A stretch of DNA of 64,000 nucleotides from the human T2T-CHM13v2.0 reference genome, Homo sapiens. A program made the translations under genes and the position numbers. The notes under the pieces are model-generated. The model was given only the letters and a program-made list of their open reading frames with translations, had not been told where the DNA came from and searched no databases. The stretch lies in the NCBI RefSeq assembly GCF_009914755.1, contig NC_060940.1; one strand, 5' to 3'. Positions 40,641 to 55,755 of this stretch are shown here, one piece after another (position 1 is the first letter of the stretch; every line of letters begins with the position of its first letter).

Positions 40641-43327
40641 TGCTCTTGAGTCACTTGGATAAGTCACATCCCCTCTAAGAGAACCCAAATCTGTATTTCT
40701 CCTTGAGTGTTGGGAAACCAGGATTTATCCATCTAATAATTCTATGATTCCATACAGGATTGGAGGGGACTATTATATAACACAGGCAGAATGAGGCTTA
40801 GGAATGCATTTCACTTAATTGATAGACCTGTCTTGTTTCTGCCCCAGCACACTTATTCTGTATAGAAATTTACATTTGACCATTTTTATTTGGAAAGAAT
40901 ATAAAATCAGTACTCTAAGGAATGTTGTCTTTTCTCATCTTTCTGCATGTGACATAAATTCCATGTAGTTGGGAGGCTTGTGGGATATATCTGAGGGAAG
41001 AACTGGGGAGAGAAACTGTATTAGAGACCCTGAAAACAGCAGCAACATAGGGAGTCCTGCTTTTTCTAGTTTTTAGCAAACTCAGTGCAAATATTATTTT
41101 AAGGAAAACAGTGCAGGATTTATATTTGGACAAAACTGGTTTGAAAATATAGCTTTGTCACTTAGGAGTCAGTTAGTTTTCAGAAATCTCCAATAAAGTA
41201 TATCAGGGCTGTTTTGGATTTCATATCCCAGCTTTAATAATCCTTTATTTCTTCACTGTGTGTACAGCAAGCCTTGTACTTCATTAGTAGCTACACGACA
41301 TTGATGAAGCACACGGATGTTGAAGGCATTCAGAATATGTCTAATCCTAGCTGTGTTGTTTTCGAACTTTGTGAATTTTTTGGAACTAGCTGAGCCTTAG
41401 TTTTCTCACCTAAAAACAAATTAATGGTGCTTGCACTTCACATAGTGGTTCTTACCATTTCCCCCCTCCCCATTGTTTCTGTTTATGGATGGATAGAAGC
41501 ATAGGTCTCAGTTTGTGCATATAAAATGATGGTAGGAGGTTCGCAAGGGTTTTCAAATATTCAGTTTTCAATTGTCTCAAAGATAAGGAACCAGAAAAAA
41601 AGAAAATCTTCAAAAGACTCACCAGGGAGGTCATCCCTGGAATGAATTTGGGATGGGTATCCAGGAGACAGGATTATAATGTTGATTCTGTCATTAGCTG
41701 GTTCAATCTTGATGACCTCAAAGATGGTCAGTTCCCTTACATTGGCCTTAGTCCCTCCATCATGAACTAACCTTGGAAACCATAGACCCAGCTGGAAGGA
41801 TTTAGATAAAAATAAATGTGTATCTTATTCTATCAGACTTCCTTCCACTCATCTCTTTTCATCACAGATTCTGTTGCTTTAGAGAAAAGCCAGAGAATCA
41901 GTCTTCCGCCACACACCCCTCTCACTCTCTCCTTAGGATACTCAATGGGTAACTAGGTTTGGGAACTGCTGGACTTGATGCTCACTCACATAAACCTTGC
42001 TTGTATCAGGCTCTACAATTCGGCAACCAATTTAATGGTCTCCTCTGATACTTTGAAGATGCCCTCTGTTTAACTCTTTAGGTTGCAACTGACAATTAAT
42101 CAATTGTTTTACTTATCTGGGCTTTTTGAAATAATCAACAGGGAGAGTGACAGCCATTTTCACTGTGAGGCCTCAAAGAAAAGAAAAGATTAAACAAACC
42201 ACATGTGTATCATACAGACTGGAACTTGTTTCTGAAATAAATTCTTTGGGATAAAATGCAGCCCTATTGATTAAGTGTATCCATTAAGCATTAGAAATGG
42301 TTTTTAACTTCAAGGAACTGGTAGCTTAAATAGGAGCCTATAGCTTTTACAACATGCATTCTGCAGTGCTAGCAGCTATTGTTAGTTCTGCAACCCAGTG
42401 ATGTCAGGATCAGCATTTCTGCAAGATATTTGAAATTTTCCTCACTCTAGTTGGCTCAAGATAAAACAGAAGGATGATGTGTTGCCAAGTATTACATCCA
42501 CATTTTATATAGGATGAAGGGACAGGGTGAATGATATTCTTTTCAAAAAATTTTCTCTTTTTAAAAAATACCTATTTCTCTTAGGAAACACGATTTCTAC
42601 TCAGAAGATCTCATGTTTCAATACTTCATGCATTTTTTTATTTTAGTTATGCTCTCTTTTCATTGCAGTAAGATATACACAATTTTTTTTTATTTACTAA
42701 AAATATTGGGAACTATGTCTTAGTGTGGCAAAGGTACTTAGCAAATATTCTGTCTGAGGCTTTCCATGTCTACTCCCTCATTCAATTAGGCAGGAGCATA
42801 TAGCTATGTTATGGACAGGATAATGCCAACAGGAGTTGCCAGATGAGACTTCCAGGGAAGCTCCTTAAAATGCAGTGCTTTATTTGTCTTTATTTTATTT
42901 TGTTTATTTTAATTAAACACATTATTTTCCTCTAAAAACTGAAGGACCATTAATTTAAAAAAAGAAGAATAAATATTTTAGTTGTCTTTACTACAACATA
43001 ATAAGTGCAAGCAGTTTGGAGACAGAATTGAAAGCCATTCCCCAAATGACTTCAAAATTATTAATTTAAGATATAGTGTGGTGTGGTAAATAGAGTCTTA
43101 GGGTTAGTTAGGCATGAGTTAAAAATTGACAAGTGTTGAATTATGTGATATACTAGAGATATTGTGTTTTTATTTGTTTCAGCGAAAGACTATAAAGTCA
43201 ATATGATTTATCCTCAATAAGAGAAAACTATGGCTCAGTGAAATTAAGTAATGGGTCTATGCTGCTCACCCATGAACTCCACTTTGTGTACCAAGGTTTT
43301 ATAGGTATTCATTGAATATTCATTTCT

Positions 43328-44554
<1,227 letters not shown>

Positions 44555-45459
44555 TAATTTCTATCACTTTTTTCAGGTTTGAATTTCACCCAGTACCTGG
44601 CTCAAAATAATGTTCAATATATATGTTTTATGATCACAAAGCAAAATAGTCAACAGATTCTACTTTTGTAATGTACGTAAATGTAGACGATTAATCATTA
44701 ATCAATCTGGATAGTGTAAAGGACACTTCCCAAACTCCGACCGCATTAAGCAATCTCAATTTTGTTCCCCAGCAGTTGATATACTTTATTTCCATCTACA
44801 GAAATCTGCACTGCTCTATTGTGAGGATCTAGTATGGCGTAAAGATGCATTAGGGATTCTGTTCCCTGTCTCTTTAAGAGAACACAGATGAAGACTTAAA
44901 CCCAGAAAGTTTTTAACAACTTTTTTTTGTCCTCTCAACATTTGTTGTTTACAGTTGCCTCATAGACCAAGTTGATGGGAAAAAATAAGAAACTAAAAAT
45001 AAGCGAGGTCTTTCATTCGCAGGGGTAATGCAGTTACATAAGTCAAAGTGGCAGGTCATATGAAGCCCTCTGTGATTCCTTGGGGTTTCTGTCTCATTTC
45101 ACTGGCTAGCAACCAGTGAAACAGTAGGATATATATTTTTCTATTAGGTTGTCAATATTTTGACCAAACAACCTATTTATAACATTCAGGATTACTGTTC
45201 TGTTCGTGAGAACCACTAGAAGTTGCTGTGTGCAGAAAGTCAGCTTGAGATTTGAAACAGCATGATTAAGTAGGGTATACTAACTTGCTTCCCAGGTTTC
45301 ATCTGCTTGTCAGTCATGTAAGTATAATACACTCATCATTGTGGCCAATTATCAGAAATCACCATTAAATAACTTATTTATGTAACCAGACACCACCAGT
45401 TCCCCCAAAACTATTGAAATAATAATAATAAATTAGCTATTTATTTAATAAAGGCAGTG

Positions 45460-45770
45460 ACACGTAGTAATTAAGCAGGCTTTAAGGTTAGACTACCTCT
45501 GTTCTAAGTACCACCTGGGGCATCAGTACCATCGGTACTTTCATAACCTTTGCAAATTGCTTTTCTTTTCTTCGCTTCGGTTTTTGTATCTATAAAATGA
45601 GGAAAACAGTAATGTCTGTTGCACACAGTTGTGAGGATTAAAAAACTTATTGCATGTAAATCACTCAGACAATGCAAGGCAGACATTGCAGCCTCAACCT
45701 CCTGGGTTCAAGCAAACATCCCACCTCAATGCAAGGCATTGTCTGACCCCAATAAATACTAGTTATTATT
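45460..45770 (+). mobile_element. MIR containing a 45-bp Alu-internal insert (45682-45726, - strand)
   Basis: MIR core 'ttcggtttttgtatctataaaatgagg...gttgtgaggattaaa'; insert 'ttgcagcctcaacctcctgggttcaagc'. Confidence 0.85.
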
Positions 45771-46036
45771 AAAAAATATATTATACCTACTATTACTAAT
45801 GTTAATAAGTAATAAGAATAAGATAAGATAAAAATTTAAGATTCTGAGTTTACTTGGAGGTAAACTCAGTGGAGAGAGAATTGGCTTATCGACTACTCTT
45901 TTTTTTTCCCCAAAATACTATTTAGCCTCATGACCATAGCTTTCCTGTGGTGGACTTAGGGATACTGAAGACTTGCTAGTTATGATTGATGTTGAAGGTC
46001 AATAATCTCTCCTGTTACAATTACAGAGAAAGGCAT

Positions 46037-46082
46037 GTGTGTGTGTGTGTGTGTGTGGGTGTGTGTGTGTCTGTGTGTGTGT
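46037..46082. repeat. (TG)n microsatellite
   Basis: Read directly from the sequence. Confidence 0.95.
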
Positions 46083-47549
46083 ATGCATACATGCATACCT
46101 ATAAATTATAATTGCCTGCCAATATTAAAGCTCTAATGGGCTTAAAACACCAGGCAGTGATTAAACACTGAATAAGAATATAAGGGGGTAAAACAAAGGG
46201 AGAAAGAAAATCATTGTTTTATAGATATATAATACAAGAAAACTTTTTTTATTATAGAAATTTTGTCTATCAAAAATCATCTTTTCAATTAATAAAAGGT
46301 GATTCTCAGCCTTTTAATATTTCTTTAGGTTTTCCTGAGATCCCAATGGGCGCAATTATATCCAAAAGTGTAATTATCCAGTGTGATGAAATTGCATTTG
46401 TTCTAACAGGGCTGTGTTTATAACAATTCCCCATCTGAGAAAGAGAGATACTCAGTGTCAATAATCAATTGACCCAAATTATGGAGAGACTTTTGGAAAG
46501 CATACACATATGAAAGAAAACAGAAGAAATTTCAAAAGTGTCCCAAGGAATCTTGTTGGATTGTGTAGCATACATTATTAGAGATGCAAAATAGAGATAT
46601 TTGTATACTTTGGCTGTTTAAAATATAAATAGAATACCTTGGGAGAAATTTGCTCAGAAGCAAAATTTAAAATGTCAAAGTGACACAAAACGGTATAAGG
46701 TCACAAGAAACTTTAAAAAGACATTTCCTTTTTTCTTTAATTATCTTTTTTTTTTCTTGCTGCTTTTAAAAATAATGTATAGTACATCTGGCACACTGAC
46801 TATAGGCCACTGACATGGCTCCCACTCTCTAGCCCTTACTCCTTCTTGAATATAACTGAATTGCCCACAAAAGCACAGATCACACTCAAACTGTCTAAAC
46901 ATCTGCTAGAATCATTGGAACACCACTGATTAAATTTCAACAATCCACCTGCTCCTCCAACTCAACTTTCCTGGTACTTCAATGCCTCTTCTTCACTTTG
47001 AGCTCTTTGTGCCCTATCCCTCCCACATACATACTTTAGTTGTTCATCATAGAAACCAACCCTGATGAACTTTTACAAGTAGAAGACATGCATTGAACAG
47101 GTAGGCCATCTGAAAGAAGACACCGGCTAACTGAAGGAATCTTAGTCTATGAGTTTCTGCTGCTCTCAAAACCATCGAAGAGTTATTTTTAATTGCTTTC
47201 TGCAACTGTGTGTCTCCCTCCAAATCTATAGTTTTAAGAAAAAAACACGTAATTAGCCTTATTGGTATTACAGGCCTACACAGAGCCAGTAATACCAATT
47301 GTAATTCCCATTGAGTGGGAAAACAGGTAGTAATGCCTATCCACCCAATAAGACATATTAGGCAAATGAAGCCAACATTACCCAGTGTTCATTACAAATT
47401 ATTCATCTGGTTCTCTTCATTGATAAATCTACACATGGGCATACTTTTAGGATATACTTAGCTTCATACTTCAGTAATTCTACCAAGACTGAAATATTTA
47501 CTATTTACTAGTCATTATTAACCCTTGAATTCCCAGTGCTTAGCAGATA

Positions 47550-48160
47550 GTCAAATTTTCTGCTCTCAAAGCATATATTCTAGTGAAATGAAATTCCACT
47601 CATCAAAAATTATCTTATTTGCTTAGGTAATATTATATGTATGATATGAATAAGATCAAATGAGCAAACGAACAAAGGGATAGAGAGGAATAACTTTATA
47701 AAAGGTTGTCAGAGAAGACCTCTCTCATGAGATGAAATTTACTCCCAGTTCTGGATGATAAGTGGGACCAGGTCCTGTGGATTATTCAAGGAAAAAGAAA
47801 ATATTGCAAGGCCATAATCGGGGTCAAATGTTCTGTGATGAGGATGGGCTTGGTCTATTTGAGGAGTCAACATGGTTGGACCATTGTGAAACAAAGGCAA
47901 CAATGTAGGATACAAAGTTGAAGAGAACGGGGGGTGATCTATGCTCTGCCAAGTTATAGAGCAGGATTTATGCCAAGTGCAAATGGAAGTCACTAGAGGC
48001 TTTTAAGAGGGTGGCACAATTTGTTTTATGCTTTAAAAAATTCACTCTGGATTCTACAGAACAGAGATAATTGGAAGGTAAGGACAAAGACAGAGATCTG
48101 ATGAGAAATGATGATGTGAAGGCGGTGAGATGTGGTTAGTTTTAAAACATATTTTAGGAG
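47550..48160. mobile_element. L2 fragment
   Basis: 'gtcagagaagacctctct...atggaagtcactagaggcttttaagagg...ttcactctgg'. Confidence 0.65.
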
Positions 48161-48772
48161 TAACATACTCTGTGTAAATGTTGGAGATACAGCTACAAAT
48201 AAATCAGATATAGCCCTTGCCCTTATAGCATTTTTAGGTATGTGGATAAGAAAGAAACTGAACGTTGCACCATGAGTACAAGGAGAACCTTCATTGAGAG
48301 ATGTTCAGGAGCATCTGGGGTGGATGTTGGGGAAATAGTGATGGGTGGAGTAGGGTATGTGAAACTGCTTTATTCATATATTCTAACTATGGATTCACAA
48401 TAAAAGCCTACCTATTCCTCTCCCCTCTCCAATGGACTGTGTCAGCCTTCTTGTGGTCCTAATTCAAAGCTAAAGGAATCATACTACATATGTCAATAGT
48501 TTGTGAATTTTCCATTCATGGAATGCTTTATTGGAAAAAAAGTCAGAACAAAATGTACTTTTCATTAAAATAGCATGATTAATTGACTATATATAGGATA
48601 AAATACTGCCAAGTTGTATTAAAATTTCTATAAAACGTGTTGGCTCAAATTTGAAATATTCACTAAACATACAATTAATATGTGGGAAGAAGGCACAGAT
48701 TAGGAGGGAAGAATAGTTTATGTGCCATGCCAGTGGCAAAATATAAGTTGGTGATTAAAATCATAATTAACT

Positions 48773-49085
48773 GGTCAGGTGCAGGGGGGCTTATGCCTGT
48801 AATTCTAGCATTTTGGAAGGTTGAAGCAGACAGATCACTTGAGCTCAGGAGTTTCAAGACTTGGGCAACATGACAAGACCCTGTCTCTCCAAAGGAAAAG
48901 AAAAAAAAAAAAAACCTAGCTGGGCGTGGTGTCACGTGACTGTAATCCCAGCTACCTGAGGGCCTGAGGTGGGATGATCACTTGAGTCCAGGAGGTTGAG
49001 GCTGCAATGAGCTGTGACAGATTGTGCCACTGTGTCAGCCTGGGTGACCAAATGAGACCCTATTTCAAAAAGAAACAAAAAAACA
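48773..49085 (+). mobile_element. AluJ
   Basis: 'gatcacttgagctcaggagtt', 'ggaggttgaggctgcaatgagc', A-rich tail. Confidence 0.92.
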
Positions 49086-49162
49086 AACCTCATAATTCCA
49101 AAAGTTAATCAGAACCTCATAATTCCAAAAGTTAATCAGATTTCCAAAAGAAATCAGAACCT
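49086..49162. repeat. 27-bp perfect tandem duplication plus a partial third copy
   Basis: aacctcataattccaaaagttaatcag at 49086-49112 and 49113-49139. Confidence 0.95.
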
Positions 49163-51856
49163 AGATTTGTGACTTCCAGCTTCATGACCCTTGGGCAAAT
49201 TATTTAATCTTTCTCAATTTGTTTTCTCTTTTGTAAAATTAAAAATGGTGCCTACATCATAAATGGTATAAGGACTAAATTTGATAATTTAGAGTGAGTG
49301 TACGTGTTGGTTTTCAATACATTTTAGCTATTGTTATTATCACCATTCTCTAACTGGCAGACACTGATGAAGAAGAAGCCCAGCAGAATGGCTGAGAACA
49401 CAAATTCTGGAACAAATGGCCTGGGTTGACTACTGGTTCCACCACTTCTATATCACAGATTTTTTCTCTCTTTTAAAACTGCAAAACAACTTTTGGGCAA
49501 AAGCTTTTATTCACCTCAACTCCCCCTTATTTTCCAATTTCTAAATCCTTTATTACTCTTGCTTTTCATAATATATCAGTGTGGTAATACTTGCTGGCTT
49601 TTTTTGCTTCTCCTACTGATTTTCAAGGTATTTCCTGGTATGTGTATCTTTAATGCTTAGCATAGTATCTTTAGCATGCTCAATAAGTGTTTGTCAAATG
49701 AATTGAATAACAAATAAATAAAAGTATTATGTATAGAACAGCAAGAAACCTCCAACGTAATGTGCTATCAGCATTATTCCAATAACCTCGGTCTGCAATC
49801 TTCTCACTCTTTGCCTTCTTCTCCATCCCCATTTTCTGCTTCTGTTATGCTTTGGCTTGAAGAAACAAAAGGCTGACCTTGCATGACATTGTGAAAATAA
49901 CTTAAGTCCAAAATTTCACTAAATCCTTCCCACATCACCATCTTCCACCTTGGCCAAATCAGCTATATTTCTTTGTATATGTAGACCCTCTGCACCTCTG
50001 TCCCTCAGCAGCAATCCCATTTCCTTGCGGCTTAACATGGTTTTAGAATGTTCAAGTAGAATAGGAAGAATCTCTACGAACTAGGGATTTGAAGTTGATG
50101 TTTCAGCAAAGTACAGAAGTTCAAATCCTGCCTCCATAAATGCAATTCTGTTGTCCAGAGCATAACAATTCCTTTTAGCATTGCATTCTGTTTTTGATGA
50201 TTTATGGGACCTTTGTTATTTTCTTTGCCTCCATTCCTCCCCAGAGTCACTTCCCTGCTCCTCTCTTGGATGGCATAAATGAGAAAATTTGAAATGTGTT
50301 GCTACACAAAATATAAAAACAAAACAAAGTGGCATAGCTGAGTCTGTGAAACCCATTTAATCTAATCCTTACATGTTTATAGGACAGGAAATTGAGATTC
50401 CAAAGGGAAATTGACTTGGGCATGGCCAAATGGGAAGCAGGAGCAGCAATCATTGAAATCCGACGGTTGACCAAGCAAATTAGGTCCCTTTGGGCCGTAT
50501 GAACAGATAACCGTCAAAAATCACACCACCTTTTTGCTTGACTTTGCCTAAAGCTGAATAAATAGATAAATCTCAGTTAAAATAAATATATAAATATTAA
50601 TTGAACTCAGACTAAGTATTTACGAACTACCTCCAAAAGAAAATACCACTGAAGCACACAAGCTTCGTCACAAACACAAGCCTCCTATCTCCTATCGTTT
50701 AGAGTGTTCGACTGTTTAAAAAATATTGTTTCTTCAAAAGAAATGTTCATTTGCTTCTATGACTCTCGCTCTTTCTCAAAGACAAAGAAAATGCATAGTC
50801 CACCCATAAAAAATTATAACATTTCTATAGTCTTTAAAATTTTTATATGTACTTCTATACACACATTTATACATATATGTTTATATTGAATTTTAAGCAA
50901 AACTTTTCCATCTATCTTAACACAACAAGAAGAACCACTGTTCAATATTCTTGAGCACTACCAAAGGCCATGCATTCAGCTAAATATTTTATAATCATTT
51001 TAATAAATCCTCAGAGAAGCCATCTCAGGTATTATTATTATGCATAATTTCAAATTTGAATATATACAAAAATAAAAACATCTCAACTCAAATGATTCAA
51101 GAAATATTCACAATATCACATACTTACTGAGTGGCCTAAGAGGAACTTGAACCTATTTCTGTTTGTTATTTTTGTGCTTTTAACCATCATGCAATATTTT
51201 TTTTTCCTTCTAAACTTTCGTTTCTCTCTGTCTTTTCCACAATGCATTATTCCTCAGTCATGTTCATAGCCTCTCCCAGGATGAGCAGGTATCTTTGGTA
51301 TTAGAGAGTCTTTATTCTCCTTCAAATTTTAGGCTTGGACAATAAGAGTAATTGGGCTTGTGGTGTTACTGATTAAAACCTCTCACTTGTTCCCCATCCT
51401 TATCATCAGGGAATGAAACCTTAAACTTCAAGATGTCCAGAATGTTCCATTTAAGTTCCAGACCTAAAATGCCAGTTTTTTTGTTTGCTTGTGTGTTTGT
51501 TTCTTTTTTCTCACAAAGGGAGCTCATACGGTTGACTTGGTCTCCCTTGTACTTCCACATATCTTGTCAAAGAAGACAGATATGTTTTTTTTTTTTCGTG
51601 GGGTCCAGGGTTCTTAAGTTTAAGATCTGGATCTCCTTACAGACTGTGGCACCTTGGCCATAAGCATCAATATTCTCTCATTCATAAAACTGAGAGGATA
51701 ACCTGTGTGACACTGTATTATTATAAGAGTTGCAAAGCATGTTCATATAAGCTGTTTATTCAAGATATAAATTAGAGTACATATAAGGGAATCTTTTGAT
51801 TTTCACATCATTTTACAAGTCTACATGATGCTTTACTTTATATCTGGTGTGGAGAT

Positions 51857-51968
51857 AATATAGCCAACTGTCTTGATTTACCCAGAACTGAGGGTATTTG
51901 TAGGACATGGAACATTCAGTGCTAAACTAGAACAGGCCCAAGAAAGTGGGGGCAAGATGGTCACTCTA
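51857..51968. mobile_element. MER81-like hAT-Blackjack MITE
   Basis: 'gccaactgtcttgatttacccagaactgaggg...ttcagtgctaaactag...atggtcactcta'. Confidence 0.7.
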
Positions 51969-52997
51969 TCTGGACCTTAGGGACATGACAGCTGTATAGC
52001 TACTCCAGTTCCTACAGTCTTAAACATTTAATCTTAGTATACCCAGCTCATATGTGGCACCAGAGGACCCTGTGCTTATCTTATCAGAGTGTGTCCAGAA
52101 GTATCAATCACTTCCCTATCACAGTCTAACATGAAAACATTTTACTTGGTCTTTGCTTTGGGTGAATCTAAGTACAATTCACTACTCACCTATCACTAGC
52201 ATTCTTAAAAGTGGCAAAAAGATTGTGGCCTTTCTACCAAAATTTTCAAATGAATTCTTATAGACTCTTTGAACGATGTATATTTTAAAGGATTTAGAAT
52301 AGCTGTTTTCTCCCTTAATAAAATTTTTAAAAGAAATGAGAGGGAAGCAGAGCTAAAATCATAAACTAAATACCAAAGAAGCTTTTATGTCCTGTTCCAG
52401 GTACTGACAGATATCAGTGTAAAAACTAAAATTCTTTGAAGATTGACAAAATGTATACTTTTGGAAATCCCAGGCTAATAAAGACTTTGTGAATTCATCT
52501 TAGAGCTGAATAATAATCAGGATCATACAATATTTTTTGTAAAACACTAATTTTCCATTTTCAAATGATAATTTTCCAAACTTACTCTACTCTGCATCAT
52601 TACATTGTCAAGAGGCAACTTTTCTTTATTATATTTGAAACACTTAGAATTAGTAATTGCGCATCCATTATTCTCTTCGGTGACATATTAGCTCTCTTTT
52701 CTCTTTTACCTTATTCAGTTATTTGGTTTAAAAAATAATACCTAGAATATATTCCACATCTAAACTATAAAAAAAGATGTCAGTTTCAGGGAATCTTATA
52801 ATTGAAGAAGTGTATGTTTTGGGACAGATATTATACAATAGGAAATCTTTCTTAAGGTCATTAATAATCAATTGTCATATAGCATGATGGTTGGAAAGAG
52901 AAGAGAAATAAAGGTCAAATGCAATTTAAGAAAACGATGTATATATACAGGCTAGTACCATACTGTTTTAACTAATGTAGGTTTTTTTTCCCTACAT

Positions 52998-53450
52998 GTG
53001 CATCGATGGAGGAGTGGATAAAGAAAATGTGATATTTACATACAATGGAATATTTTTTTCAGCCTTTAAAAAGAAAGAAATTCTCATTTATGTGACAATG
53101 TAGATGGATCTTGTGGATATTATGCTAAGTGAATTAAGTCAGTCACAGAAGGAAAATACCACATGATTTCACTTACGCAACATATCTAAAACAGTGAAAC
53201 CCTTAGTCTTAGAGAATGGAATTGTGATTGTCAGAGATTATGGGGGAGGAGCAAATGTGGAATCAGTAATCAGTAAGTATAAAGTTTCAGCTAAGGATGA
53301 TGAATAAGTTCTAGAGATCTACTAAACAACATTTTGCCTATAGTTCAGAATACTGTATTAGTACACTTAAAAATTTAAGAGGGTAGATTTCATGTAAGGT
53401 GTTTGTACAGCAATAATAAGAATAAAAATTTAAAAGGAAATTTATTGACA
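52998..53450 (+). mobile_element. L1MA9/10-like 3' end
   Basis: 'tggataaagaaaatgtg...gatgaataagttctagagatctact...tacacttaaaaatttaagagggtagatttcatg'. Confidence 0.88.
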
Positions 53451-53454
53451 CTGC

Positions 53455-53622
53455 TGAAAAAAAGAAGGATGAAAGCAAGAAAGGAGAAAAAGAGAAAGAG
53501 AAAGAGAGAAAAGAAAGAAAGAGAAAGAAAGAAAAAAGAAAGAGAAAGAAAGAAAAAAGAAAGAAAGAGAAAGAAAGAAAAAAGAAAGAAAGAAAGGAAG
53601 GAAGGAAGGAAGGAAGGAAGGA

Positions 53623-53678
<56 letters not shown>

Positions 53679-53800
53679 AACAGAGAAAGAGAAAGAGAGG
53701 AGAGGGAGGGGGAGGAGAGGAGAGGGAGAAAAGAAAGAGAAGAAAACAGAAGTGGCAAACAACAAAAGAATAGGAAGAGAGGCAAGGAAAAGGGATTGAA
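53455..53800. repeat. Large compound purine STR including (GGAA)7 and (GAAA)15
   Basis: GGAA x7 at 53596-53623; GAAA x15 at 53621-53680. Confidence 0.97.
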
Positions 53801-53830
53801 GATGTAAGACATGGAAGATGAGTTGTATAT

Positions 53831-55750
53831 TTTCTTTTTTCCATCTTTTATTTTAGATTCAGTGGGTACATGTACAGGTTTATTACTTGGGTATATTGCA
53901 TGATGCTGAGGTTTGGGGTACAAATGATCCCACCACCCAGGAAGTGAGCATAGAATCCAACAGTTTTTAATCCTTGCCTCACTCTCTCCCTTCTACCTTC
54001 AGTAGTCCTCAGTTTCTATCATTCACATCTTTATGTCCATGAGTACCAAATGTTTAGCTCACACTTGTAAGTGAGACTATGCAGTATCTTCTGGCATTAA
54101 TTAATTAGGAAACGGGTCTTCACCTCCATCCTTTTGGGGCAAAGAATCTGATATTTTCGTTTTTATGACTGCATAGTATTCTATGATGTATATGTACCAC
54201 ATTGTCTCTCCAATCCACCGTTGATGGGCAACTAGATTTATTCAATGTCTTTGTTATTGTGAATAGCACTACAAAGAACATTCAAGTACATGTGTCTTAT
54301 TGGTAGAAAAATGTGTTTTCATTTGTACATATACCCAATAATGAGATTACTGAGATGGACAGTAGTTCTGTTTTAAGTTATTTGAGAAATCTCCATGCTG
54401 CTTGGCTGAACTAATTTACATTCCTACTGACAGTGTATAGGTATTCCCTTTTCTCTGCAGCCTTGCTAGCAACTGTTGTTTTTTGACTTTTGAATAACAG
54501 TCCTTCTGACTGTTGTGATATGGTATCTGATAGTGGTTTTCATTTGCTTTTATCTGATTATTGGCGTGGAACATTTTTTCATGTTTATTGAAACTTGTAT
54601 GTCTTCTTTAGAGAAGTGTCTGTTCATGTCTTTTGGCCATTTTTTTAATGGGTTGTTTGTATTTTCTTGTTCAATTGTTTAAGTTCCTTATAGATTCTGG
54701 AAATTAGGCCTTTGTCAGATGCATAGTTTATGAATATTTTCTCCCATTCTGTAGGTTGTCTGTTTACTTTGCTGATAGTTTCTCTTTTTTGTTGTTTTTG
54801 TTTGTTTGTTTTTTGAGACATAGTTTTACTCTATTGCCCAGGCTGGAGTGCAGTGGTGCGATCTAGGTTACTGTAACCTCCACCTCCCGGATTCAAGCGA
54901 TTCTCATGCCTCAGCCTCTCAAGTAGCTAGGATTACAGGTGTGTACATCTATGCCTCGCTAATGTTTGTATTTTTTGTAGATAAGGGGTTTCACCACTTT
55001 GGCGAGGCTAATCGCCAACTCCTGGCGTCAAGTGATCCACCTGCCTCAGCCTCCCAAAGTGTTGGGATTACAGGGGTGAGCCACTGCGCCCAATCTGATA
55101 GTTTCTTTTGCTGTGCAGAAGCTTTTTAGTATAATTAGGTCCCACTTTTCAATTTTTGTTTTTGTTGCAATTGCTTTTGAGGACTTAGTCATAAATTCTT
55201 TCCAAAGGCCAATGTCCAGAATAGTGTTTCCTGGATTTTTGTCCAAGATTCTTATATCTCGATGTCTTATATTTAAATATTTAATACGTCTTCAGTTAAT
55301 TTTTATATATGGCAAAAAGTAGGGGTCCAGTTTTATTCTGCATATGGCTAGCCAGCTATCTCCAACATTTATTAAATAGAGAGTCCTTTCTGCTTTGCTT
55401 AGTTGTGTTGACTTTGTCGAAGATCAGATCGCTATAGAAGTATGCCTTTATTTCTGGGTTTTCTATTCTGCTTCATTGGTCTATATGTCTGTTTTTGTGC
55501 CAGTACCATGCAGTTCTAGTTACCGAAGCCTTATAGTTTGAAGGCCAGTATAGTTTGAAGTAAGGGAATGTGATGCTACCAGCTTTGTTCTTTTTGCTTA
55601 GGATTGTTTTGGTTATTTGGGCTCTTTTTTGATCCCATAGGAACTTTAGAATAGTTTTTTCTAGTTCAGTGAAAAATGACATCGGTAGCTTTAAAGAAAT
55701 ACATTGAATCTGTAGATTGCCTTGAGCAGTATAACCATTTTAATGATATT
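53831..55750 (-). mobile_element. L1PA16/17-like 3' portion, interrupted by an Alu
   Basis: 'ttttagattcagtgggtacatg...gatgctgaggtttggggtac'; ORF 55473..55682 '[21 protein letters not shown]' is ORF2p. Confidence 0.93.
54784..55094 (-). mobile_element. Alu (Sz/Jb-like) nested in L1
   Basis: TSD ctgatagtttct at 54772-54783 and 55095-55106. Confidence 0.93.
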
Positions 55751-55755
55751 GCATA

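Noticed and set aside
53338-53923. Longest ORFs (168, 177, 134 and 107 aa)
   Set aside because: Translations of the GAAA/GGAA microsatellite (F/L/S or K/E/R runs).
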